DNA from: Octopus sinensis
Taxonomy: Eukaryota
Direction of reading: 5' to 3'
Assembly: GCF_006345805.1 (NCBI RefSeq)
Contig: NC_042999.1
Span: forward strand, 173,538,001-173,602,000
DNA: 64,000 bases
A program made the position numbers and the translations under genes. Positions 1 through 12,750 of this stretch are shown piece after piece. Each line of letters opens with the position of its first letter. Position 1 is the first letter of the stretch. Below the pieces are notes generated by a model. The model made no database searches. It was given only the letters and a program-made list of their open reading frames with translations, and was not told the origin of the DNA.

Positions 1-977
1 GTGGCGGGGATTCATGGCCGTAAGCGATAATGGGGGGGTAAGTAAACATCAATGTACAAACATCAAAAAACACGGTGCGCATTAATCGTGTTTGCGCCCA
101 CATGTCAAAGGTCGTGTTCGCAGTTCATCCCATGGTATCATACCATGAACGCTGGGGGGTAATTAAAGAAAATATTTACTGAAATGGAGGGAGCCATCAA
201 TTATCGTTGGAGATAATAGGGAGGAGAGTTAATGAAACACTGATGTACACAGACCAAATCAGCGAGGCAAAATTGACCCACAATCCTTGACGCTGAAGTT
301 GTAAGCAAAAAACAAAGTTTAATCCAGTAAATTGCTAATTTCATGCGAATAAACTTGATAAAATAGTTTGATACAGTCAATGAAGTATGAGTAATATTCT
401 TGCCAAATTTGGATCGAATCGGTTTTGGAAATGCGGACGTTATTGGCAAAAAAATAAAGAACTTTACACAGTTATTTGCAGATCTTTCCCATTCAATGCG
501 GATTGATTTGACAAAAATTTAAGTTTTAAAAAATCCTTAAAGAATGAGTGAGTAATGTTTGTGCCAAATTTGAAGCGAATTGGTTGGAAACTGCAGAAGT
601 TATTCGCAAAAAAAAAACAACTTTTACGCAGTTATTCACGGATTTTTCACAATTAACGCGGAGGACATTGGTAAAAATTTTCAGCGAAACAATTCTTATG
701 TCATGCGTAATGTTCGTGTCAAATTTTGAGGAATCTCTTTAAACACCAGGGAGCTATGGGCAAAAAACTGGCTTCCTGAACAGTTATTCGCGGTTTTAGG
801 TTATACGAGGTGTGTCTGGAAAATATAAAGTGGGTATTGACCGCTCTAGGAGCATAAGCTATCAGTGTGTCAAGTTTGAGCGAAAGCGGTTGAAAAATGT
901 AGAAATACATAACACGAATACACACACACAGACACACAAACATCTTCTGTCTTATATATATATATATATATATATAT

Positions 978-983
<6 letters not shown>
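1..983 (+). mobile_element. Helitron-like (HINE/Lep1-type) non-autonomous element, 3' part, with degenerate ~155-bp internal tandem units
   Basis: Recurring motif g[a/c]gtaat..gtgycaaattt..gaat.ggttggaaa..cagttatt at ~389, 550, 705 and 865. The end (caagtttgagcgaaagcggttgaaaaatg..cacacacagacacacaaac..cttatatatatagat) resembles the end of the element at 22745-23131. Family assignment is inference. Confidence 0.5.

Positions 984-1070
<87 letters not shown>
979..1070. repeat. (GATA)n microsatellite
   Basis: Perfect tetranucleotide run. Confidence 0.95.
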
Positions 1071-1480
1071 AACGAAGAGTGAACTGATCAGCCTAATTTT
1101 GTACAACTGAAATTGCTGACAACGAGAATAAATAATTAATTCTTTGACAATAAGGGAATGATGTGGGTAATTTGAAATGAGACATAGTCTCGAAAGAAAC
1201 ATGTAATTTTAGTCTCATTCTGGTATAGCAGCATTTTCGCTCATTAATTTCACAATATTTTAAAGGTATTTTACTTTTGTCAATTGTGTTCGATCACACC
1301 AAAAGCGACAGCCACAACTTGTAGTATAATCTGATTCGTTTGTATTTAACACTTGCAGGTGTTGATTAGTAATTGATCCGACTACTAGTGGTCTGCTCTT
1401 AATGGAAATTAAATTTTAAGGTCTGGTGATATTATTGTTAGTGATGAATATGTGTGTATATATATATTCTATTATTTTAT

Positions 1481-1846
1481 TAGTTTCAGTAATTTGACTG
1501 CAGTCATGCTGTAGCAACGCCTTTAGTGGAACAAATCGATTCCAGGACTTATTCTTTGTAAGCCTAGTACATATTTTATCGATTTCATTTTCCGAACCAC
1601 TAGTTTATGGGGACGTAAACACAAAAGCAACGGTCGTCAAGGGATGGTGGGGGAAAGAAACACAAACACACAAACACATACGACGGGCTTCTTTCAGTTT
1701 CCGTCTACCAAATGAACTCACAGGGCTTTGGTCGGCCCGAGGCTATAGTAGAAGACTCTTGCCCAAGGTTTCACGCAGTAGGACTGAACCCAGAACCATG
1801 TTGTTGGTAAGCAAGCTACTTACCACACAGCCATGTCTGTGCCTAT
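1481..1846 (-). mobile_element. tRNA-derived SINE, family A (tRNA head, internal microsatellite, LINE-like tail), full length
   Basis: Homologous to the copies at 24570, 32263, 52176, 55800 and 61140. Head ggctgtgtggtaag..ggttcagtcc; tail catg.c.gcagtcaaattactgaaac. Confidence 0.85.
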
Positions 1847-1864
1847 AAGCCATAAGCCATGCCT

Positions 1865-1877
1865 ACATATATATATA

Positions 1878-1931
<54 letters not shown>

Positions 1932-1986
1932 GTATATAAATATATATATATATTTATATATAATATATATATGTATGTATATATAT
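1865..1986. repeat. (TA)n microsatellite at the 3' flank of the LINE
   Basis: Interrupted TA run. Confidence 0.9.
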
Positions 1987-3074
1987 GATTGATTTGATTT
2001 TGATTTTGATTTTTCCAGTTTCAGCTAATGAGCTGTGGCCATGCTGGGGCACCGCTATTTGGTTTGCTAAACAGTTTTACCTCACGGATGCTTTTTAGCA
2101 AACGCCATCTGATGCATGAGAGAGTTCGATGCAGCTGCCCTCATCTGCACCTCCTGCCGTGAAGTTGGTTCATCCGGGACACCTGACAGGAAGAGATCCA
2201 GTCCTACTTTAAAGACATCCGCATCTACACCATGCAGGTCCCTCAGGTTCTTCGGGAGGATATTGAAGAGCCGTGGGCCTCTGAAGCTCAGGCTATCACA
2301 ATATCTTGTCCTACATCTTGATGGCAAATTTGGAGTCCTTGGTACTACGCAGTGGCGTCCGGTTCTGGCATTTGTGTGACTCTCGATGCCAAAGTCTGGG
2401 ACAAGACTTTCCAGGATCTTCCAGATATATATTATGGCATATCTTTCTCGCCTACGCTCCAGGGAATAGAGCTTTAATCTCTTGAGTCTCTCCCAGTAGC
2501 TCGTATGCTGCACAGAGGCTATCTTCTTCGTGTAGCTTCGTTGGATCGCCTCAAGTTCTGTGATCAACTTGACACTGGATGGTGACCATAGCTGAGAGCA
2601 ATAGTCAAAGTGGCTTAGGACAAGTGTCTTCCAGAGGACCATCATGGTTTCTTGTTCTCTTGTTCTAAAGGTTCTAAGAATCCATCCAGCCAGCCGTCTA
2701 CATTTCATTGTCAGTTTAGCAACATGTACATGAAAGGTCGCGTCATCACTCATGTGAATACCCAGGTCACGCACTGATTGTGCCTCTGGGATTGCAATCC
2801 CTCCGGGTCCAGTGTATTCATTGGGTATTGCATTCAGTTTTGCATGCTCATAGTATAAAGCTTGAAACTTTCCAGCATTGAACTGCATGCTATTCTTTTC
2901 AGCCCACTTGTATATTTCGTCCAGCTCACATTGCAGGTGCTTAGTGTCTTCAGGGTTCTGTATTGCCTGTGAAACTTTTGTATCATCTGCATAACTTGTG
3001 ATCGTGGTTCTCCGCGTGGCTGAGGGCATGTCTGAGAGGGCCATTATGAACAGTAGTGGTCCCAAAACAGTGCC

Positions 3075-3076
<2 letters not shown>
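1987..3076 (-). mobile_element. 5'-truncated CR1/L2-group LINE
   Basis: RT C-terminal half, short 3' UTR with stem-loop and (AATC/AAATC)-like repeat tail. Truncated at the QGTVLGP motif next to (TA)n. Confidence 0.9.
2082..3076 (-). pseudogene. Reverse transcriptase C-terminal fragment of the LINE
   Basis: QGTVLGPLLF, YADDTK, RDLGIH, HFDYCSQLWSP, LYSLERRRERY motifs; frame open but 5'-truncated. Confidence 0.9.

Positions 3077-3141
<65 letters not shown>
3077..3141. repeat. (TA)n microsatellite at the 5' junction of the LINE
   Basis: Perfect TA run. Confidence 0.95.
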
Positions 3142-3142
<1 letters not shown>

Positions 3143-3179
3143 GTGAGGCAAAATGTCTGAAATGTAGGTGGACGATGGC

Positions 3180-3640
3180 TAGGCGACTACATCGACACCA
3201 GTGTTTGACTGGTATTCAATTTGTCTATCTCGAAAAGGATGAAAAGCAAACTCGATTTCCAGTGCTTGACTGATGCTTATTATTTCCACTGCGAAAAGAT
3301 TAAAGGCAGAGTCGATCCAGGTGGAATTTGATATCAGAATGTACAGACGGACGAAATTCCACTAAGCATTTTGTTCGCCGTGCTAACGATTCTACCAGCT
3401 CGCCGCCGTCCCATGTAGAAATAATCGTTTCAAGTTTTGGCACAACGCCAGCAGTTTTGGGAGGAAGGTTAAGTTGATTGCATCGACCCGAATGCTCAAC
3501 TAGTACTTATTTTATCAACCTCGAAACGGAGGAAAGGCAAAGTCGACTTCGGCAGAATTTGAACACAGAGCATTATGAAGGATAAAATGCCGCAATGGCC
3601 TTTTGTCCGGTGCACTAACGAATCTACCAGCTCTCCGCCT
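3180..3640 (-). mobile_element. Two degenerate SINE family B copies (about 3180-3408 and 3420-3640)
   Basis: Head ggcggcgagctgg.agaatcgttagc plus central gactttgcctttcatcc..tcgataaaataagtac block, shared with 4362, 21022, 51617 and 58530. Confidence 0.7.
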
Positions 3641-4361
3641 TCCTTCCCATGTGGCAATAACACTAATGAGATCGATACATCTTTTTTTTATGCGCGCTAA
3701 AATGGTTTGTTTATATTTGTCCAGCGATATTTTGAGTGACGACTAAGGCTTATAAAACCTACCTGTAGCTAAACAATATATATTTATAAAGCATTCCATA
3801 ACAGAAATCCCTCCTTGAATGTATTTTAGTTAATTTGATATAGTTAAGCTCCTGTTGTTTAAGCATATTATAGTAACATCTGTTATGATTTGAAATGTTA
3901 TGGAGGGAAGAAATCGAAAACAGTTTTATCATACAAAAAAAAAACACTGAATTTATTTCGGAGATTAATCCATTATACTTGAAACTGCTTGAAACTGCTT
4001 TAAACATACGTACAAGTTTATATATACACAATACTTTATTATAAACATCGCTTTAGATATACTTATTTTTAAACTTGCAGTTTTAAACCTACACACGTTT
4101 AATATTACACGACCTTTTAAATGTAAAACTTTCTTTAAATACACGTATATTTCCTTTTATATTCAGAAATATTTGTTTTGTGTGTTTTAAAAAAATTCCA
4201 ACTTGGTTTTTATTTCACTTATCTTTCACACGAACGTAGATAATATTCGTGCTTATCTAACGAAAATAACAAATGCCTGTATTATTACCTGTCAAAAAGT
4301 AAAGAATCCACAACATCGTTAAACGCTCAGAGGAAATTCCTTACAATATTGCTTCTGGATG

Positions 4362-4578
4362 TAAGGCGGCGGGTTGGCAGAATCGTTTGCACACCGGAAC
4401 AAATGCTCAGCAGCATTTCGTACTTCTTTGCGCCCTGAGTTCAAATTCCGCCGAGGTCGGCTTTGCCTTTCATCATTTCAGTGTTGATAAAATAAGTACC
4501 AGTCATGCACTGAGGTCGATGTAATCGACTTAACACCTCTGAAACTGCTAGCCTTGGGCAAAAGTTGAAAGCGATATT
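4362..4578 (+). mobile_element. SINE family B
   Basis: aaggcggcgggttggcagaatcg..gagttcaaattccgccgaggtcggctttgcctttcatc..gataaaataagtaccag. Confidence 0.8.
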
Positions 4579-6766
4579 TCTCTGTATGTTTACGCTCTGA
4601 CTTCAAATCCTGCTGGAGATAAGTTTGTTCTCCATCTTCTAGGGCTGATGAAATGAAGTACTGCAAAATTACTGCAATAATTTTAGTTGACAAACAACTC
4701 TACAGCGAAAATTATAATACCGTGCTTCTTTTACCAATTAATATGATTACCAGTTCAATGTCTAGTAAATCGATTATACGTTAACTCAAGCTTTATATCT
4801 GTGTTAGAAATTATTTGTGATTTTATAAATTAAACTACTTTGTTGTTGATCAATAAATGAGTTTTCTTTTCATGTATATTGATAAAAAATAATAAGTCTT
4901 CTGCGCATGACTGTAAATAGATGACTGTATGACGCATTATCCGATATATGTTTCCACAAAACCAATGCGATTGCTAAATACACATAGACGTATTTTCGAT
5001 GGTTTGCTTTTATATATACATATATATAACAAGGCTGCTTTCCTACTTCGTTGGTTGAATAATCAATAACGGGAAGCTTGGATTTATAATTCCAGAAACT
5101 TCGGCATCAGACATATCCATTTACTGACACTGATATTTCATTTAGGAAAATGTGCCCTTCTCTCCATCAATCAATTACAAATTTGAGTTCGAATTTCGGA
5201 GATTAAAGCTTCATTTCATCTTGAAATGAGACTTGCTCTGTTTCGTTGCCGTTTTTACATAGACTTAAGCTCATCCCGTGATACACTATTATAAGTGTTT
5301 CTGATAATTCATACATGTGTATTTAAATGTGCGCATGAATGTATCTCCGTACAAACAACCGAGTCAATAAGTTATCAACCTAATGACAGAATGATATAGA
5401 AAATATACTATTAAACGTTTAACACCATCGCAATTGCTGGCAAATGACACACCATTGATATATTTTGTATGATGAAGAACTTTTAAATAACTTAATCAAT
5501 CACTACATGGTGTAACTCGCAAACCAATCCATGTGTTATTGAAACTAGTAATATATTCATTCGTTCCACGTAACCCAATTTCTTAAGAATAGTATTCGAT
5601 TAATTGCTGAAACATAAATCAAAGGAATCGATACAGGTGGGGGACAGTATCAGCTTACGCCCATTTACAAAGGACAACTTGATTGAATTCGGGATCAACA
5701 GCTGTCTATAATCACCGGAGATAGAATTGAAATCTAGAATTGTGTAGATGGTGAAACAGTATAAATAACTGGTCGTAAATAGCTGGTCGTAAAGATACCA
5801 CAGTTTAAATACATACGACTTTAATGGACTGATTTTATAGCACTGCAGAGTAATCATAAACTGAAGATTGGGAAATAAAGATGAAGTACTATAAATACTG
5901 TGAGAATAGTCATTATAAAACCTGTATTATCAGTCACGTCTGCTAATTTACTAACGAGTCTTTTTTTTTCTACTTCGCAGTTTTGCTTCAGTTTGGTATT
6001 TTCTTTATATTTACGTATTTCCGTCTTCTCAGTATCTCACGTATGAAGAAAAAATTAGCAACCGCAACTAGCTAAAATAACTATGAATCAAATCAAAGAG
6101 ACATTTGTCGGGTTTAAGAAGTTTAACGATGTAAAGTGTCTAAACTAATATTTGGCAAAATCAGTTCAGACATAGTGTTTTCAAAAATGAAATTGAGGTT
6201 TTCAACACTTCGTTGATTCATATTTTGAAAAGTTATTCTCCTGAACAATAAGAGTTAATGTATTTGAAACGTCGCGTGATTAATATTAGATGCTTGATTG
6301 GTTAAATAAATCTACTGAAAAAGTCAATTTCCGAGCGGATGTGATGAAACAAAATCATATGTTTCTAACCAAGCAATCAATAGCTCAGTTGGAAATGGCG
6401 TTTACAGAGTATATGAAACGTTGCTCATTGAGAGACTGTTGTTCAGCTAAACTTTAGATAATATTTCTTCAGGCAATTTGTAGCTTTACAGAATAAATTT
6501 CGATTGACACTTCGTTTCACAAATATGTGCAAGAAATAACAATTCTTTATTTCATCATTGGTCAGAAAAATCTGGTTTCGTCAGTTATCTATTTCCGACT
6601 AAAGATATGGGAATCAGTCCAATTGATCTTGTGTCAGACAGGAGCTGCCGAAATAAATGACCACTGGGTAATTTCATAATAATCTGTAACTAAAATTATA
6701 TATATGCTTAAACACACACGAACACACGCGCACGCATACACGCCCATACACACTTATATGTATTTA

Positions 6767-6870
6767 TCTCGTCACCCTTTTCAAGCCTAGCCAGGGTCAT
6801 GAGCCCGGTTTCCCGGTTTCTGTGGCGTATGTGTTTCTCCCAGCTGGACGGGACGCCAGTCCATCACAGT
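6767..6870 (-). mobile_element. SINE/LINE 3' tail fragment (RTE-like tail)
   Basis: gatggactggcgtcccgtccag..catacgccacagaaaccgggaaacc, homologous to the tail of 7291-7594. Confidence 0.65.
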
Positions 6871-7290
6871 ATATGTATTTATATGTATTCATATACATAT
6901 GTATATTATGTGCATGTGCATGTGTATTTAGATGTATGTATATATATATAATAGTGTCTCTTTACGATGTTTCTTTTGTGGTTCAGCTTTGTTGTTCTCG
7001 AGCATTATACTTTTAGACCCCTGTTTCTGCCATTCATTTCCAACAGGGTATATGATGGGAAATAGTTTGCTACTTCAGAAATCTTCAAGCCTTTCAGCTC
7101 TTCGAACTACATTTATAATGCTCTTAAATACTCGTGCATGTCAACTACAATCGAGAGAGCTTCGTCAAAAGCATTCTAAATTCACAATTTTTTTTATCAC
7201 TGGGTCCAGACAAAATCTAAATCTTATACAATAATAGCGGTAACTTTGTTAGCTCCAAATATAGTAGTGTGATATGCACCGAAGATGATA

Positions 7291-7594
7291 AGTTCGTTGG
7301 TTCCTTCTCGAGCCATGCCTGGCTCATAGGTTTCCCGGTTTCCTTGGCGTATAGGTTCCCCAACTGGACGGGACGCTGGTCAGTCGCAGGTGAGCTGCAA
7401 GATGCAGGAGGAAAGAGTGAGAGAAAGTTGTGGCGAAAGAGTCAGCAGAAGTTTCGCCATTACCTTCTGCCGGAGCCACGTGGAGCTTACGTGTTTCGTT
7501 GATAAACACACACACATCGCCCGGTCTGAGATTCGAACCCGCGATCCCTCGACCGCGAGTCCACTGCTCTAACCACTAGGCCATGTGCCTCCAC
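7291..7594 (-). mobile_element. tRNA-derived SINE family C
   Basis: Pol III A box tggcctagtgg and B box ggttcgaatc, followed by the body and tail shared with 18836-19157. Confidence 0.8.
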
Positions 7595-8159
7595 AAGAAT
7601 GATAAGTAGAGTACAGCAAAACAGGTGTTGACCTTGCCTGCCTACGATATGGTTACTACCTGAGAGCTGCCGTGTGGTTAGTAAGCTTGCTAGAAATAGA
7701 AGTGAAACCTGCCTAATATTTCCAGGGCACCGTCCTAAAAAGAAAATGATACATGGATAATATAGTCTCAGACATATTATGTCTAAAAGCACATGTGATG
7801 GTTATAAATGGAAACCGTTTAATCATAGGTCTATTCAATCATGAGGGACTTGAAGCGAACCAACAAAATGGCTGTAGGCATGATCAGGATTAATCAGCGT
7901 AATTTTATTGGTTGTGCAAATACAACATGTGAAGTAGCGAAATATGTTTTGTGTGAGAGTAGCTGTTGGCGAATATACTTGGTTAAAGTTCATTCAGTCG
8001 TGGTTTGTATTTTCGTATGAATAACACTGGGATTGGTAGATTCCGTGCATATAACATTAATGTGGTGTGATGTGATACATCGTTTTCCGTTCTCCGCCCT
8101 ATCAACACGGGTAAAATCTAAGTTTAAGGTTAGTTACCGTTAGTATAATATGAATCGCC

Positions 8160-8800
8160 TACGTTCTGTCAAGGCTAACACTGCTCACTCTTCCACTGAT
8201 GAAACCACTTTAATTTTTTTATCATTCCTCAAACATGCTCAATCTACAGGAAATCCAGGCACCTAACACTAAACTTGCACAGATTAATGAACAGAGACAT
8301 AGAAAACATCCACGAAAAAGAAATACCAAACTTCCTTTTTTTCTTTCGACAACTAAAACCCATATCTTTATTTATATAAGCAAAAAGAAATCATCCCAGT
8401 TGAACATGAACCGCACAAGGCGTGTGCTCATGGATCCCTCCTGGGAAAAACCCATTTTTAGCTTAGCTAAGGTATCTTAAAAAACAGGCTCGTGAAACGG
8501 GGCCAGAAAGTTTTTCAGTCTCGAACAATTATAGATTCTTTAAGAAACTCCTGCCGTCACTTCTTTCTTTCTACTCTATCACTACTATAATGGTCTTTTC
8601 TCCTCTGAGCTTGCCTATCACGTGCCACCTCTAATCAGGCATTCATTTCCCTTCTTTTCATCGCTCATATTGTGTCGAGCCCAATGCCTACACTAACCTA
8701 CACCCTGTGTTTCATTCCCAGACGTCAACCGGCTCTCTGGAATCCCTCCTGACTCATGTTCCCTGCAGGAGTTGATCGCAGCAGTTTTAGCAGAATATAA
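8160..8800 (+). mobile_element. Degenerate 3' end of a CR1/L2-group LINE
   Basis: Broken frames give LYHYYNGLFSSELAYHVPPL and an IPR..LWNSLP-like segment, typical of the ORF2 C-terminus. Confidence 0.55.
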
Positions 8801-10639
8801 ATGATAACATTAATTCACTGGTCTCGTAGTAGAGGTAAAGTCCCTGGGTATTTTCTTCTTCCTTCGGGCACAACAACTAAATATGAAAAGTAAGTTTGTT
8901 ATTTGACATGAGATTGGGCACATGTTCTCTGGCACACGGGAAGCAAATCGAGATACAGTTCATCAGAGCGCTTTCTCTTATTTTTTCCGTGCATCGGAAG
9001 CGTAGACGGAAGGAATGTATTTATAATGTCATATAGCTCGCACCACTGCTAATGGCTTTCTAATATTTTAATTTATTTAGATACTTGTGATCTATGAGGT
9101 TTTGCATAAAATATATATAATTTGAATAAAGACAAGCTGTATGAAGACGATCACTTCTATAATTATTAATGTTTCAACCTTAGCTAAAAGTGTTCGAAAA
9201 GCTACATTATCTATATGTATATATATATGTATGTATATATATACATATGTATATATATATACATATAAAATGTATGTGTGTATGTGTGTCTGCATATATT
9301 TATGTATATATGGACGTTTACTATATTTAAAACGGAAATTTGTGTTTTAAAAGATATTTAAATTCCATTTATTACACAATGAGTAAACATGTCCAAAGTC
9401 GAGCTCCAGTTGATGTTTTCTGCGCTTGTCGAATTTTTAGTACCATCTTGTAAAAACTTATAGTTAAGTGATCTCGAATATTCTTGAGATAAATGACTCT
9501 TGACTTGAAATGTATCATTCTCTTCTTATAATTTTTCTGTATAGTTGGCAGTAGAACTTCTTTTTATACGGAAACAATCGTGTGTAATCATATAATCTTG
9601 AATTTATGCTCTGTTGTGCGTAATTAATCAAATCCATTTCATACACAGTTACGTATTAGGAAAGATTTACACGTACTTAGTATTTAGACTGGGTTTTATA
9701 TTGAGTTTGTTGATTATTCCAAATAATGGTCGCCTTTATAGACAGCACAGAAATAATAATCTATATGTGGCTTCCTAAAAAACCTTCCAAAGAAATTGTC
9801 GCAACACATTTATATATTCAGACACTCATAAGGACACATCGTCATTTAATTCTCTAAATATCGCTGGAGCTTAAAGGATGTTAATATATAAAAAAAACTT
9901 ATAAAATGAATTGATCTTTTATAGAGCATATGTCTCCATTTGTTCAAGCTCGTTTGGCCACTAGTCTCCGAGAACTAATACGTTCTTTATAGCCTTTAGA
10001 AATTAGGAAGAAAAGATAGGAATCGTTGAAATACTGCAGACATTTTTTCGACGTTAGTTATTGAATAATTTCCAGCAATGATTTGGTTGCATTTTTTATT
10101 TCATATATAATGGATTTCTTATATACTGATAGTCATCTAATTAAGAATACATAATTTCTTTATTAAGCACTAAAAAAATCTTTAGTTTTCTTCTTGTTTA
10201 CGTGTATTATGTACATACGAAAGTAGACATATGTAAGAAATATCACATATTTTTGCGTATTTGTTGATGATATTGTGTTCTGCATTTAAACATGAAACAG
10301 TCGATGCCTAATGAATTTCTTATATTGGCAACCGATTAAATCACGTTTGCTAATTTTACAATGTTTTGCAAATATTCGTTTTTATAAATAATCGCGTTGC
10401 TTCTCTAAATTCGTTTGAGGTATTTTTATATGTAATTTATTACAGGGTCAATAATTACGTAGGGGCTACGTCGTTAGTTGTAGTAAAAAGTAGGCTCACA
10501 AATAATTTACAGTTTGCAGATTTGGAATCTTTTTCATTGAAGGTACAGATAGACTATTCTTTATATATTTTTGGTCTTTTAGAAGTAGAAGTTAATGTAT
10601 GTCAAGTAGTTGGTAACCAGTATAGACTTGTGGACGGTG

Positions 10640-11060
10640 CAGATGCCCTGGACAAAGTCTCTTCCTGGACTCCCTCATAACCTCCATAAAGTACTCTTTG
10701 TTGATGGTCTGGCTAGAGGGAGCCCCGAGGATGTAGATGATTCCCTTAGTGTTAAAGAAGATTACCATGAGCTTCCCGAGAGCCATGCTTTGCTTGGCTT
10801 TTTGTGCCGACGAAAAACTGATGCTCTGCACACAGAACGTAATCCATAAGAAGTTTCGAGCATTTCACAAGTTTCTGTTGCATCTGCCCACTTTAACACG
10901 AAACTTCATGGCATAGAAAGCTTCCGAATTGTTATCACATTTAGAAACCCTTCGGCGAAATAGTCAATTATGACGAGTAGCATTTAGGAGGGTATGTACA
11001 AAGTGCTGTTAAAACGGTCTCCTTCAATCTGGAATAAAGAATTTGTAGGGTACGCTTGGT
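10640..11060 (-). mobile_element. Internally deleted Tc1/mariner relic
   Basis: ATETCEMLETSYG..CRASVFRRHK (HTH-like) fused to KAKQSMALGKLMVIFFNTKGII..TINKEYFMEVM. Confidence 0.65.
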
Positions 11061-11224
11061 AAATATATAGTAATGATATACTATATACACGTGCTATTAT
11101 TACACACACACACACAGACCTGCTCGCACGCACATAGCCACACATACAAACACATATCTCCTTCTCTTGCGCTCTCCTGTCTTCGAAAGAATTTTTTATT
11201 CGCTCATTCCCTTCCGGTCATTTC

Positions 11225-11412
11225 AAAATGTAACTGCGTGTGTCTTCTCTTCCTTTGGACTTGGCTCTGTTTCTGAAGAAGAGCAAGGCTCAAAACGTTA
11301 AGTCCTCTTTCCTTCTTTTCCAGAGCGTCTGATAATACAGTGCTTGTAGCACGTCCTCGCATTATTGTTTGTTTCTTGTTTTTGTTTTTTGCTCTTCTTT
11401 GTTTGGATTCAC

Positions 11413-11415
<3 letters not shown>
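11225..11415 (+). mobile_element. Penelope-like element terminal fragment with decayed hammerhead motif
   Basis: ctgaagaa-gagc-aag-gctc-aaaac-gtt, then ttcc.gagcgtc..ataata..cacgtcctcgc..tttggatt, homologous to 52695-52870. Confidence 0.6.
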
Positions 11416-11460
<45 letters not shown>

Positions 11461-11968
11461 CACATAAGAGGAATGACCACTAAAGTGCACACCTAATATG
11501 CTAAACATAGACGTCAAATCGCCATTACCACCATGAGTGTGTTCTCAAGTAAAATCTCAGCAAAATTTATAGAACTTTATGCATGCTTGATTTCGGTTGA
11601 GCGTTCTGTATCTAGTTCTGGAAATTGTGTTTTGTGAGCGACAGACTATGCTGACGTTCTTGCAGATATCTTTGTGTTTGCATACGTAGTTATTAACAAG
11701 TGAAACCATGGTACGTAGGTAATCGTTTTTTATTTTGTATATTTTCATTTGTCTTGCTGGTTTCTACATTTTGGCATTTTGCTGGAATTTTTCTTGAGAA
11801 CACACACTTCGGGGGTAATTTCACGTCTATGTTTAGCATATTAGGTGTCCATTTTAGTATTCATTCCTCTTTATTTTGTGTGTAACGCAATTTTTAATCT
11901 TCGGATTTTTTAAATATGCTAAGCCACTAGTTTTAATTGATTACATCAATTTCTACCCTTCTTGTTCA

Positions 11969-12119
<151 letters not shown>

Positions 12120-12160
12120 TATATGTATATATATGTATATATATAATATATATATATATA

Positions 12161-12525
12161 TCAGTTGAATAAAGTTACAATATGGTATGCTTTTCATGTT
12201 TTTTTGTTATTACATGTAAAAACATCTTTCACAATGATGAAGTGTATTAAATATTAAAAAAAAATATTTAGTAATGTTCATAAAGTTCAGATGCCGCTTT
12301 CATACGTTCGTAGTAATCGTAGGAAGTTGCCAAGTACTCAACACAACTGTCAGTCAATGTATTTTGAAATATGATTACTACGAACGTATGAAAGCGCTGA
12401 TTGAACTTTTGGGACATTACTAACTTGTTTTAATGTTTAGCACACTTCAACATGGTAAATTCTTTTGTAATATACAATAATAAAAAATGTGAAAACCAGA
12501 CCATCTTGTAAGTTTATTCGACTGA
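12161..12525. mobile_element. Fold-back MITE with long TIRs and TA flanks (Tc1/mariner-type)
   Basis: Ends tcagttgaataaagttacaa / ttgtaagtttattcgactga. Arms pair inward over ~155 bp, including a perfect 24-bp block (12295-12318 with 12373-12396). Confidence 0.75.
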
Positions 12526-12585
12526 TATATTATTCTATACGCATTGACCCAAATTCGAAAAACACACACACATACATATATGTAT

Positions 12586-12636
<51 letters not shown>

Positions 12637-12714
12637 CGTATATGTATATATATTATATATTATATATATATATATACATATATAAACATATCTATACATA
12701 AAAATGTATGTATG

Positions 12715-12750
<36 letters not shown>

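Noticed and set aside
1359-1420. Good acceptor ttaacacttgcag|
   Set aside because: Stops in all three frames within a few codons and no strong donor.
5620-5760. Plus-strand frame with SH3-like QLSIITGDRIEI
   Set aside because: Two in-frame stops and no supporting splice sites; similarity too weak.
7520-7594. tRNA-like sequence with A and B boxes (also the heads at 17030, 32263, 52176 and the 56130-56205 head of the 55800 copy)
   Set aside because: No acceptor-stem pairing, and each is fused to a repeated SINE body; these are SINE heads, not tRNA genes.
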